This document shows positions 39,336-50,870 of a stretch of DNA of 64,000 bases, piece by piece. This stretch comes from Octopus vulgaris (lineage: Eukaryota): the NCBI GenBank assembly GCA_951406725.2, contig OX597814.1, positions 157,480,001-157,544,000 on the forward strand, read 5' to 3'. The notes beneath the pieces were generated by a model. It was not told the origin of the DNA and ran no database searches. It saw only the letters and a program-made list of their open reading frames with translations. How positions within the stretch are numbered: the first letter of the stretch is position 1; every line of letters begins with the position of its first letter. Both the position numbers and the translations under genes were made by a program.

Positions 39336-39544
39336 CTATCGGGAAGGCAGTCAAGCTTATCAGTTACTTGTGCATCAAGTATGATAGTTGCATTCTTTAT
39401 TTTTCACATCCTATTGATTTCACACTTAACTCGTTATAACTGATTTCATATTTCAGCTCATTATAATCAATTATGATCAAATATATGCTTAGCAACATTT
39501 CTTCCGGCTCACTACGTTCTGAAGTCAAATACCTATTTCTTTAT

Positions 39545-39915
39545 TTTCCACAAGGGGCTAAACACAGAAGGGACAAACAAGGACAGATATAGGTATTAAG
39601 TCGATTACATCGACCCCAGTGCGTATTTGGTACTTATTTAATCGACCTCGAAAGTATGAAAGGTAAAGTCGACCTCGGCGGAATTTGAACTCAGTACTTA
39701 GCGGCAGACGAAATACCACTAAGCATTTCGCCTGGCGTGCAAACGATTCTGCCAGCTCCACGCCTTACCGTAATCAAATACCGTCGATGTCGACTTTGTC
39801 TTTTATCCTTTCAGAATCAATAAAATATTTCCGAGTGCAGATAATTACCAGTTTAGCATAGAAGAACCCGTCCGACAAAAATTTCAGAAATAGTGCCTAT
39901 TGTAGAAAGGATTTT
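39545..39915. mobile_element. Cluster of tRNA-derived SINEs (minus-strand copy 39545-39765 within or next to a plus-strand copy)
   Basis: aaagtcgacctcggcggaatttgaactcag...gattctgccagctc (minus) and gtcgactttgtcttttatcctttc (plus). Confidence 0.75.
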
Positions 39916-40270
39916 TATCAGTTGTATTTAGGTTATTGTTGCTTTCTTTTAAACAAACTGCTCCTAGTCTCATCCAGAGACACCATGTAGCAGCAAGCTG
40001 GACGTTCTACTATGAGTATCATTTAGTATTTAATAGAAACTTGGTTCTCAGATGCAGCTCTCTTTCCGTCACGACATATCATTGCTAGTAATAAATAACA
40101 GATTGTTTATTGCGAACTGTTAAAATATTACGAGGGGAACTCGAGGACCAGATAGGCTAAAAGGAATGGAAAAGGCAAGGAGAAAGTTGCTTGATAGCTA
40201 AGTTTATTGAAACATAAGTGACAAGTTATAAAAACCATCGAAAGAAAAATGCTATAATTGTTTCTCATTT

Positions 40271-40318
<48 letters not shown>

Positions 40319-40349
40319 ATTCATGTTGTAGATGCATGTTGTTTGATTG

Positions 40350-40487
40350 GCACTTATTTTATCGACCGCGTAAGGACGAAGGGCAAAGTCGACTGCAGCG
40401 GAATTTGAACTAAGGACGTAACGACGGACTAAATGTCACCAAGTATTTTACTCGGTGGACCTATGATTATTCCAGCTAACCGCCTTC
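40350..40487 (-). mobile_element. SINE fragment (14461 family)
   Basis: ttatcgacc..aaggacgaagggcaaagtcgact..gcggaatttgaact. Confidence 0.7.
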
Positions 40488-40493
40488 ATAATA

Positions 40494-40572
<79 letters not shown>

Positions 40573-40703
40573 TAATAACAATAATAATAATAATAATGAT
40601 AATGATGATAATAATAATAATAATAATAATAATAATATTAATGATAATAGTAATAATAATAATAATAGTAATAGTAATAATAATAATAATAATAGTAATA
40701 ATA

Positions 40704-40749
<46 letters not shown>

Positions 40750-40796
40750 TAATAATAAAATTAATAATAATAATAATAATAATAATGATAATATTA

Positions 40797-40846
<50 letters not shown>

Positions 40847-40848
40847 AG

Positions 40849-41168
40849 AGAAGTATTGGTGGAGCATCATAGCCAAGTGTTGAGAGGGATTCTGGAAACA
40901 TGGGTGTTTCGTTCAATATCCTCAAACAACCTTGATTCAGGAACCTTTTGAACGGGATCGGTTATTCGACCAGAAGAAAATTTTGACTGGGCCACACCTG
41001 CAAGGTCATATGCTGTTTATATTGATATGAGATCACCATGTAGCGCACATATGGTTGTGATGCATGTGCCTAGTGTACCCTTATCAGACGGGTAGTCATG
41101 ATGGGTCTACTAGGCTTTGTATATTTTACCCCAGAGTCACTTTGATGGCATGCACTGCTCTCTCACTC
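40849..41168 (+). mobile_element. Non-coding TAA-associated retroelement, 5'-truncated (55051 family)
   Basis: Ends ...GCACTGCTCTCTCACTC followed by (AAT)n; preceded by (AAT/GAT)n. Confidence 0.85.
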
Positions 41169-41175
41169 AATAATA

Positions 41176-41272
<97 letters not shown>

Positions 41273-41304
41273 TGATGATGATGATAATGATAGTAATAAT
41301 AATA

Positions 41305-42270
41305 AGCAATATGGAGCAAATCAGACAAAAAGCACACCAAAAATGCGCAGTGGATTAATAGGGAAAAGGAAAAACGAAAGAACACAATAGAACAACAGAT
41401 ATGGCCCACCATCACAAGCCAAGAGATCAGGGACAATTTGAGGAGTACCAGCAACTGGAAAAAACTCCAGGGATAGACAAGGTTCCTAATTTCTGGTTGC
41501 AACAACTCACCAGTACTCATAACCCCTTAGCGGCAGCGTTCGATTTATTGTTGAGTGAGGCAGAATCAATACCAAAAGCTTGAAGAACAAATCACTCTAA
41601 TTTCCAAAAACAAAGACACCGTACACTCACAAAATTACAGACCAATAACATGCCTATCAACAATGTACAAGACCGTAACAGCAGTCATCTATAACCGTCT
41701 TATATAGCATCTGGAAAACAACAATGTTTAATCATAAGAGCAAAAAAGGTGCTGGAGTGGCATGTAAGGCTGTAAGGAGCAACTTCTAGTAAACTGAGCC
41801 ATTCATAGAGAACTGTAAGAGGAGAAAGACAAACACGAAAATTAGGAGAGAGTATTAGAGAAGAGTTAGACTAATATTAAACACTGAACTTAATATTAAA
41901 AATAAGATAATAGGGATAAACACGCAAGCCATACCCGTCATAAAGTACAGCTTTAACATAATAAACTGGAAGATCAGTGAACAGAAAAACCTAGATAGAA
42001 AAAAGCAGAAACCTACTAACAGCGTATCGAAGTCACCACCGCAGAGCACACGCAGACAGAATATACCTATCCCGTTCAGAAGGAGGCCGCGGCCTGATAC
42101 AGACAGAGAATTACTATAAAATAATGACAGCTGAACTAGCAAAGCACTTAGATGCAAAGAGTGGATGACTAATGCATGTAGTAAAGCAACATGAGAGAAA
42201 GAAAACTTTTCTGTATTCACAAGGAGATGACAAAATACAAAACAGAAACAAACTATACTGATACACTGAT
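41305..42270 (+). mobile_element. Degenerate Dong/R4-like LINE with internal RT deletion
   Basis: NWKKTPGIDKVPNFWL, NYRPITCLSTMYK, EQK..C, then a jump to RRVRLILNTELN; follows (AAT)n. Confidence 0.8.
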
Positions 42271-42855
42271 TGTTTTACTGTCAATTCCTCAGTTTTAAAG
42301 AATACCTCGACTCCACCGAACTGACTCGCTCGAGATATATGTCTGATGTTGTGCCATATATTGCGACGGGCACTTTGTATTTGGCGTTTGTGATCGTCCC
42401 CAGTCTTCAAAATTTAAAACTAAAACATCTGAATGCAACTGTTTTACAAGCCCTTGCAGCTAGAGTTTCAGGATTTGGACAAGATATAACTTTCTCCATT
42501 CAATTTTCCTAAATCTAGTTGCATCCAATTTTTTTGAGCATTTATCATCCAGGGAAAGTATAAAAATTCTTTTTATGTTTACCACACCATCGAAAGAAAC
42601 CTTATTTTTGTGGCTGTTGTAGTTGTTGTTGTTGCTAGTGGTATTGTTAGTGCTGTTGCTGGTGCCTACACCGCAGCTACTACTGCAACCTATGTTATTA
42701 CCCTTCCTGTAGATATTAGTGCTGCTGCTACTGTTGCTGTTACAGATTCTGCTACTGCTATTATTGCAGCTACTGTAGCTCCTGTTGTTGCTGCTACCAC
42801 TATTACAGTGGTTTCTTTTGTTAGTGTTGTTGTGGTTGTCGCTATTGTTGTTTAT

Positions 42856-43254
42856 TACAGAGGGGAGTGATAAGCAGTGATAATTAGAATTGTACTGCTG
42901 TTATCAGTTCGAATTTCCTTGAAGCATGTTCGAACCGGTGAACAAGCTACTCACTGAATTTTGTCACGGACGATATATCCCATTTGTAGACACGTGGTGC
43001 GAATACACCTAGATCATGTCGCAGTACCACCTACCCAGACCGTGAGATGCAGGCATTTTGGAGTAGTTATCTCCTCTTCGGTCACAGACACCAGGCAGGC
43101 GGCGCTGCGAGCTGATTGAAGATACTGACTCCCTTATAATTTTCCAGTTGCCATACGGCGACTGATAGCGCTGTGCAGCGGCACACCGTACAGATGGGGA
43201 ACGCTAAGCAGTGATACGTAAAACTGTACTGTTATTATCAGTCCGAATATGCTT
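42856..43254 (-). mobile_element. Retrozyme-like unit: 334-bp monomer with ~65-bp terminal direct repeat and a type I hammerhead
   Basis: TAAGCAGTGATA...TGTACTG...TATCAGT.CGAAT at 42871 and 43205; HHR at 43030-43099; no coding capacity seen. Confidence 0.7.
43030..43099 (-). ncRNA. Type I hammerhead ribozyme with extended stem I (two core substitutions)
   Basis: Minus strand CCTGCCTGG-tgt-CTGTGA-CCGAAGA-GGAG-ataacta-CTCC-AAAA-TGC-ct-GCA-TC-TCACGG-t-CTGGGTAGG; all three stems pair. Confidence 0.78.
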
Positions 43255-43727
43255 AATTGTTGTGAATATTACTATGCTGATGTTGATGTTAGTGTTGTTG
43301 TTTTTGTTATATCAGTTGGATTAGTATAGTGCCCAATGAAAATTTCTCCTCCCATTCAGTTAAGAAAGAAGCTGCTGGCTGGATAAACTCAAGAAAACAA
43401 ACAATGATGAACTACATTATTGTATTCTGGAGTGCGTGGGAAGACTCAGGGTTTCCTGAAATCAAGAGGTTAATTTTCTTTTTATAAAATGTGATGACAT
43501 GCAACATTTGTCTCTACATGTTTATCAACAGACATAAAGCCATGAATGATCTAATTTCGACTCTTGGTGATGTTTTCATTCAAATTTGGGCACGCCTCAT
43601 TCTTCCAACATAAAAATACTTTTTGATTTAAGAAAAATTTTGTAGGGAATTGGAAATTTCACTTTGTATATTCAGTTAGCTATCTGTATGATTGATAGCT
43701 AATTCAATCACTAAACTGTATTCTAAG

Positions 43728-43985
43728 CACATACATACATACATCACAGCTGCAACCTCGTTACACTAGAAAAGACATTGTCAAGAAGACTTACTGAAAT
43801 GATTCATCATGTGATGCCCTTATATGACTTTTAAACCCGGCCAAGCTTTTACACATTTTATTACATACTAGATAACTGTGCTGGCTGGCAGGAGAAACAG
43901 GCGCCACCATATGCACTCTCTTAACATGTCTTTTTAGACCTCCAACTGAGAGGCACACCCTTCCAAATTTTACACGCATTGTTAT
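43728..43985 (-). mobile_element. 3' end of an RTE-like LINE with tandem C2H2-like fingers and (ATGT)n tail
   Basis: GRVCLSVGGLKRHVKRVH...VCNKMCKSLAGFKSHIRASH, stop, short UTR, then TGTATGTATG. Confidence 0.55.
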
Positions 43986-44469
43986 GCATTTTAATAGCCC
44001 CATCATTGTATATTGTGTTTTTTTATTTATATATATTGTATGTCAATATCATTTTCAATTTTACTGTTTTTATCTCAATTTTTAATTTGTATTTATTTCT
44101 CGTATTTTAATTTTTTTAAATAAATAGATGAGGGCTGGATAGAGCTCCTCTGTTTACCCAAGCCATGACGAAGGCAGTCTATCTAAGAGAAAGTAACTCT
44201 GAATTTAAATACTTGACTGCTGTCTTGTAGTTAGAGTTTGTTTGGGCAAAGACTGGGAGAAGCACACTCTGATATAAAACCTGCGACTGCAAATGCACCC
44301 AATGAAGTCAACTTGCGTTTCTTTTTGGATTATACTGTACAAAACTTCTCCTTTAAAAAGTGTCAAGCACATACATACACACACATACATACATACATAC
44401 ATACATACATACATACATACATACATACATACATACATACATACATACATACATACATACAGAAAGGCT

Positions 44470-46620
44470 AAGGGAGATCCCACGATAGGCCATATGGGAA
44501 GACAAAGAATATTGGGATAAGGAATACCCAACATACTCAAATTTTACAAAAAAAAACCAAAAACTATTACACCAGCAATTTATATATGTTGGAAAGAAAC
44601 ACAGCACCCTGCCGAATAAAATCATTCAGCCAAAACGCACAAATGATAGTACTCGTATTAACAACACAGTAAATATTTTCCGCGAAGTCACTGTGAACGA
44701 GAAGAAATACGGTCAATACAAACACAACAATAAAAAACCGTTACCATTGCACGGACATGTGGGGATCAGATATGACCTCACAAAAGCAAGTGAAGAATAT
44801 AAAATACTAAAATCGCAGCTTGCACCGAAGTTGAAGTAGAACTTCACGACTTTATACATAAAGCACTGCATGAGTAAGCAATACCGACATGAGTTGGGAA
44901 AAAAACCCACCGACATGATATTATCAGCCACCGACAAAATTGCGAGAGAACAACTAGCTCAAATCCAAACTCCCGACTTTTGGACAATAAATGTTCTGCT
45001 TTACTCTATCGAAGTAACTGTGTACCAACAGATGGAAGAAAAGGGACAAACCCAAAGGATAGTACTGGCCCAAAATCGATTAGTTCACTTATTAAAGAAA
45101 ATCAACCAACTCAGGAACATGATAGGGCATTTGGACACTATCATTAAAGGCAAAGACTAAAATGAGTTCAGGAATAACCAGCTACGACGGCATGATAGAT
45201 TCTCGGCATTGTATTAGCACTGCACCGGGAAACACCCATAGGCAGGCTGAATACTCTCAACCACGATCTACGAGCGAAAGAATTCGTTATAACAGAATTT
45301 GCACGAACGAAAAATGGGAAACCGAAAGTTTGTTCGAAATCCACCAACTATATATTGCAGTAGGCAAGGCGATAAAATCAAGATAGTATATGATCCTCCC
45401 TAGGAAAACCTAGATTTACTTTCGAGAGAAATCTGGAATGTAAACAAAGTACATAATAACGAGACATCATGTTTAAACGAGAGAGTATTTTGTAAATGCC
45501 TCTCCCAAAGCATATAACATCATAGAACATATTATGAAACTACTGAATAGAAAAATCGCCCGGGAGAGACCTGAGAGTAGGCTACTGGTACAAAACTTCA
45601 CGTTCTACAGAGGAATTCTCATGAATATATTTAAAGAAACAATAGACGCTGAGCTAAATATGCCAGATTGACAGTTGCACGGACTACCCTTATTCTCAAG
45701 AGCAATGAGACTCAGGCGGCCAAATACTATTGGCCCATAGTATGCTAGAATGTTATGTGCAAGCTGCAGAGAGGTTGTCTAAATATATTTCTCCGAGACC
45801 AATGCGAAAAAATGGTTTAATAACCAATGTACAGGCTGGAAGAAAAAAAAGTAATCTCTGGCTGTGCTTCCTCAACAAAGCTCTTCTTAAGGAAGCTCAG
45901 CACTATCACTGTAATCACTTAACAACTTAGCTAGACTACAAGAAGGCGTTCGACTTTGTGCCTCGCTCCTAGATGATAAAATAATAACACTTTTTCAAAG
46001 TACCAGGTGCTATATTGAATGCCATTGAACGACTGACCAAACCATGCTTCACACAGGTATCGCCAGCAACACCTATGGTTACAAACAGAATTAAACAACC
46101 AGCAGGCATATTCAAGAATCATAGTTTATCTGTGATGTTGTTTGTGCAGGCAGTGAATCCCTTGTCAATCCTGTTTAACAAAATGCCAACGCTATATGCT
46201 AGAATATATAGAAAAGAATAAAATGGATGTCACCCATACCTATGTTGATGGTGGCCTAAAATTACGTTCTGCTAATATGATGAATATCAATAGACAGTTC
46301 GAAATAATTACAACATTCTCACGAGATGCAGGAATGGAGTTTGGGCAAGGTAAATTTTCATGCATGATAGTCAGCCGAAGAAAGATTGCCGATCAAACAG
46401 AAAATATACACAAACGGCTTGTCTATCGCTCCTGTCCCTAATGATGTATCCTACAAGTATCCACGAGATAGTTGCATACGTCGGTGCTCTGACTAATGCC
46501 AGAACAATAAATGAATACTTCTGTGGAGACCTGAAAATATGGAACTCAGAGCTATAAGCATTTAACAAGACTATATCTCAGAATGTTTTTGCACCGCCAG
46601 CGCTGATGCCGACGTACCAA
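44470..46620 (+). mobile_element. Degenerate R4/Dong-like LINE family C
   Basis: Remnants IWNV, LDYKKAFD, GIFKNHSLSVMLFVQAVNPLS, GMEFGQGK, IWNSEL; many stops and frameshifts; preceded by (CATA)n. Confidence 0.8.
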
Positions 46621-46886
46621 CTCGAGCAGATAATTACAAACATGCGAAAGTCTCTTAACTCAAAAGTTCTAGTCGCTTTGTTAGCGACCGGCTTGGACTG
46701 TCTTAAGAAGAAATGAAATAAAACTCAAAGAAAATGACATATACACACACAAGGTACGAGAGGTATTGGTATCAAGAAGACCCAAGATGGCAGGTAAGGC
46801 TGTGTAAGTGCTACGGTAGGACCGTAGTTAGACTCTCGTTCGATAATAGTACACGTGAGGAGCCTAATGGGGAGTTTTGTGTGAGC

Positions 46887-47344
46887 ATATATATGTTAAA
46901 TAAAATGAAACAACAAAACCAAGGCTGCGTGGAATTTATAGGACATTTATAAAGAGAAAGGTAGTTTTACATACTATCCTCTTATAATAAAAAGACATGA
47001 ACTCCTGTCGGAATCTACATACCATGAACAAGAATCATCTCTACCCATTGTACACAACACTTTCCTTGAATAATGGAACTGCAACTGTAACATCCAACAT
47101 ATATTTTTACTTTTATTTTTATTCTGTTATTTCCCTTTATACTTTCTATATCCATCCTTTTCCAAAATAACGCCTGATATTGAACTCTACTATTTCCTTC
47201 TAGTTAACTTTCTCTTATCGTCTGTGATGAAGGGATATCCCTAATATTCCCAAAACAGCAGTAAGACTACCTTCCTCTTTATAAATGACCTATAAATTTC
47301 ACACAGCTTTGGGTTTGTTGTCTCATTTCATTTAATATATATAC
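46887..47344 (+). mobile_element. Short 5'-truncated PLE with inverted arms and a hammerhead
   Basis: Inverted repeat 46887-46970 / 47261-47344; KRHELLS remnant of the LNKRxELxSxCxH PLE C-terminus; HHR at 47220-47267. Confidence 0.72.
47220..47267 (+). ncRNA. Degenerate hammerhead
   Basis: GTCT-GTGATGA-a-GGGA...TCCC-AAAAC-AGCA-GTA-AGAC; stem I GTCT/AGAC is perfect; core changes C3G and G12A. Confidence 0.65.
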
Positions 47345-47436
47345 ATTCACACATGCACACGCACACACACACACTGCACACGCATTCAATAATTGAAAAG
47401 AAGTTTTACTGTTGATCTTCAGGCAAATACATATAC

Positions 47437-47501
<65 letters not shown>

Positions 47502-47957
47502 TATGTAAGAGTACGAATTATATATTTTTGTGCGCATTTGCGTTTAAGTAACAACATAAAATTTAAATGTTACGATCACTCCTCTACACTGCAGGTATAA
47601 ACTTGTCTGTCTGTATATTTCTATATACACACACAAGCACAGGCACTCACACACGGACACACGTACAAACATACACAAAAACACGCTCGTACGCACGCGC
47701 GTGCATACACACACACCCACACACGTTTAATTACAAAATATTTCCTAGCATTGGCAGAAATTCATAGTTAGAGTGTCTCGCGGTTCAGTTTCTTTCCAGA
47801 GGCATTTTCAACTTGTTTAAAAAAAAAAAAAAAAACAGTACAAAACTGAAACGCAACGAAATATATGTAACAAGGCAAGTTGTGTATGTGATGTGGTAAT
47901 TAATTTTTCACTTGTAAACTGTCTGAAGTCCTATTTATCACAATATAATACAGAAAT

Positions 47958-48312
47958 ATGTATTGGTTATCAGTTAATCACGTCATTCGAAAAGTGAATC
48001 TTCACGTAATTACTTTCCCAGTGCTATTATTCCAAATATGCTTGGGCAGTAATGCTGCATGCCGAGAATATTATGGGACCCGTATTCACCCTTCTGTAAC
48101 TGACATTCCAGAAGCTGACAAGCTGAATAAGATATCAAACATCCGATCAAAAATTGAGTGCTTTTCTCACTGTGTGGCGTATTCCAAATGTGGTATGATT
48201 ATTTACAGCGTTTCCGAGAAAGTACGTATCCTACGTAAAATCAAGCAATTACCTAATGCCTCATCATTCATCGACATTCCTCCAAACAGCATTTACACCA
48301 TGCTACAAGCTC
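47958..48312 (+). CDS. Probable first coding exon of a secreted PAN/apple-like domain protein
   Basis: ATG, hydrophobic segment VITFPVLLFQICLG, pattern ECFSHCVAYSKCGMIIY, phase-1 donor C|GTGAGT at 48313; non-repetitive composition. Downstream exons not identified. Confidence 0.6.
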
Positions 48313-48336
48313 GTGAGTAGTTTTCTTTTCATATTA

Positions 48337-48560
48337 CAATAACTTCTCGCCATATCGCAGTTCGTCTATCGCGGTTTACTATTTAAGCTTACATCGATTC
48401 CTCCGTGCTGGTGTTTTGCCTTTATAATAAAATAAATGTATAAAATTTGTAAAAATAATTTAAAAAAAATATACAGTACAGTCTTGTTTCTACTTCACGG
48501 ATTTTCACTTATCGCGTAGTGTTTTGAAACGTAACACCCGCGATAGACGAAGGATTACTG
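48337..48560. mobile_element. pogo/Tigger-like MITE
   Basis: Imperfect TIRs CAATAACTTCTCG..TATCGC / GCGATAGACGAAGGATTACTG with TA flanks. Confidence 0.65.
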
Positions 48561-48759
48561 TATCACTTTTTATTTCACTTAATGTTAGACCCTGTTATTT
48601 TCTTATTGAAGAGGATATTTGTGATCTGAGACAAATTTTACTTCTGTTTCTAGTAGGTCAACGATGGATTGTGTTACGCATATTGTTCAAGAATAATTTT
48701 TGCTATTTTCATTTAAGCTTAATAATATCATCTTAACGTAATTTAAAATGTATCTAGAC

Positions 48760-48828
48760 CAGTGCTTTTCAACCTTTTTGCTGGAGCGGAACCCTAATGT
48801 TTCGCGGAACCCTGGTTGAAAACCACTG
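48760..48828. mobile_element. 69-bp hAT (Charlie-like) MITE
   Basis: TIRs CAGTGCTTTTCAACC / GGTTGAAAACCACTG; perfect 8-bp TSD ATCTAGAC at 48752-48759 and 48829-48836. Confidence 0.9.
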
Positions 48829-50078
48829 ATCTAGACCTACGTAAACTTGTCATTTTTTCCTTGTAAGGCATTAATTAGGATGTTTATTTAAAGGCAATTT
48901 TGCTGCTACCATATAGAGTCTATCTTTTGGTTCGTATTGTGCAAATGTGTGCATGTGTGCATGTCTTTTCTGTATGAGATTAGCGCGTGTAAGGTTTATA
49001 TATAAAGTAACTTCTAGCAGTATATTTTGTAAAAATCAAGTTTTTTCTATAGATTAATTAAATGGGTTCAACAGAAAATGGTTCTGTTATGATGTACGAC
49101 CACTGGTATGGATATATAAGATGTGCTTTCTTGTAATATATATGAAAATATTATAGTATCATCCGCTACGTATTATAGTGTCAGCCTGTACAAAATCCTT
49201 GGATGCAGAAGCCTTTTTTCTGATCAGTGGATTAAAACAGGGTCTCTCAAACAACTCGGTGGAAAAAAATCTAGGGTTCCATGAAATAAGGTGTCTTTAT
49301 ATAAAAATTAAATAAGTGTAATTTATAGAAGAAACTTTACACATAAGTTTATCTAAATAAAACAGTTATTGTATTTTTTTGTGCGATGATGTTCTCTATC
49401 TTAAATAATTCTTGCTTCAGCTAAGGTCTTATTACCAGTAAAGTGGCAACAAGGATCGTCGCTAAAAGATAGAATAACTCAATCGACATTTTGGAAATAT
49501 TGTATAAAGTTTCCGCAAGAAAATAATGAATGAGACGTTTTGATGCAATACGTACACTCTCACACACAACTACACATAAAACATACAGAATAGTTTTCTA
49601 CGTTTTGGTATTATTTAATTTAACGTTGACAGGGCTGCTTGTAAAACAATAGATGATACCATCTGTAATCGTTGCTGTGAAGGGATTCTGTATAAGTAAG
49701 CATATTATAATTGTTGATTTCAGGAACTGTTATGTATTATATTTCACCTCTTTTATTCTTTAGTTCGCACACCTTCATAGCGTTCTCGTGATTGCAGCAG
49801 AACCAGTTATATGTCTGACAGTATTTTTGGCATTTTTCTTTCTATATATATCTTTGAGAATAATTTAAGTTTCTTTTCATTTACATGTTATTGTCATTGT
49901 TCTTCTTGGGACTTAGATAAATATTGATCGCGGTATGATCAAAGATATTCCCGTCAGATGTATGCATGTATATATGTATGTGTGTGTATGTATATATATA
50001 ATTATGCATGTATATATATATGTCCAGTTCAGACCTTCCAAAACTCGGGCGTTATGTATGTATATATATATATATCTT

Positions 50079-50481
50079 TACTCTTTACTCTTTACATGTT
50101 TCAGTCATTTGACTGCGGCCATGCTGAAGCACCGCCTTTAGTCGAGCAATTCGACCCCGGGACTTATTCTTTATAAGCCCAGTACTTATTCTATCGGTCT
50201 CTTTTGTCGAACCGCTAAGTGACAGGGACGTAAACACACCAACATCGGTTGTCAAGCAATGCTAGGGGTACAAACACAGACACACAAACACATACACATA
50301 CATATACATATATATACATATATACGACAGGCTTCTTTCAGTTTCCGTCTACCGAATCCACTCACAAGGCATTGGTCGGCCCGGGGCTATAGCAGAAGAC
50401 ACTTGCCCAAGATGCCACGCAGTGGGATTTAACCCGGAACCATGTGGTTGGTTAGCAAGCTACTTACCACACAGCCACTCC

Positions 50482-50482
<1 letters not shown>
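50079..50482 (-). mobile_element. Full-length tRNA-derived SINE (second family)
   Basis: 5' AGGAGTGGCTGTGTGGTAAG (A box), GGGTTAAATCCC (B box), CTTGGGCAAGTG, internal (TG/TA) tract, tail GAAACATGTAAAGAG; in (TA)n. Confidence 0.88.
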
Positions 50483-50517
<35 letters not shown>

Positions 50518-50809
50518 AATATATATACATATATATATGCATCAGCGGTCAGTGAGGAAGTGAAGAGTAAGAGTGGTTCATAGATATAATATACGAGAGG
50601 GTTTATATATAGATGAACACATTGCAAGTAGAGTTTGGGAAGCATGTTATCTAAAGAAACCTGAAATTTGCAAGAAAGTCAGATAAACGGAAATTACTGA
50701 ACTCATTTGATTAGAGTTGGGAGTTAAGACTGTGGGAAAACATAATTGTGACGAATTGAAGAATTCAAAAACATTGTGTATGTATGTGTGTGGTGCATGT
50801 GTGTGTAAT

Positions 50810-50864
<55 letters not shown>

Positions 50865-50870
<6 letters not shown>

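Noticed and set aside
40433-40951. Poly-Asn/Asp/Ile/Met ORFs (and similar ORFs at 4.5, 6.4, 22.7, 29.3 and 53-56 kb)
   Set aside because: Translations of trinucleotide microsatellites, open on several frames and both strands.
49715-49800. Candidate second exons for the PAN-like gene
   Set aside because: Both AG acceptors lead quickly to in-frame stops in phase 1, with no recognisable domain.
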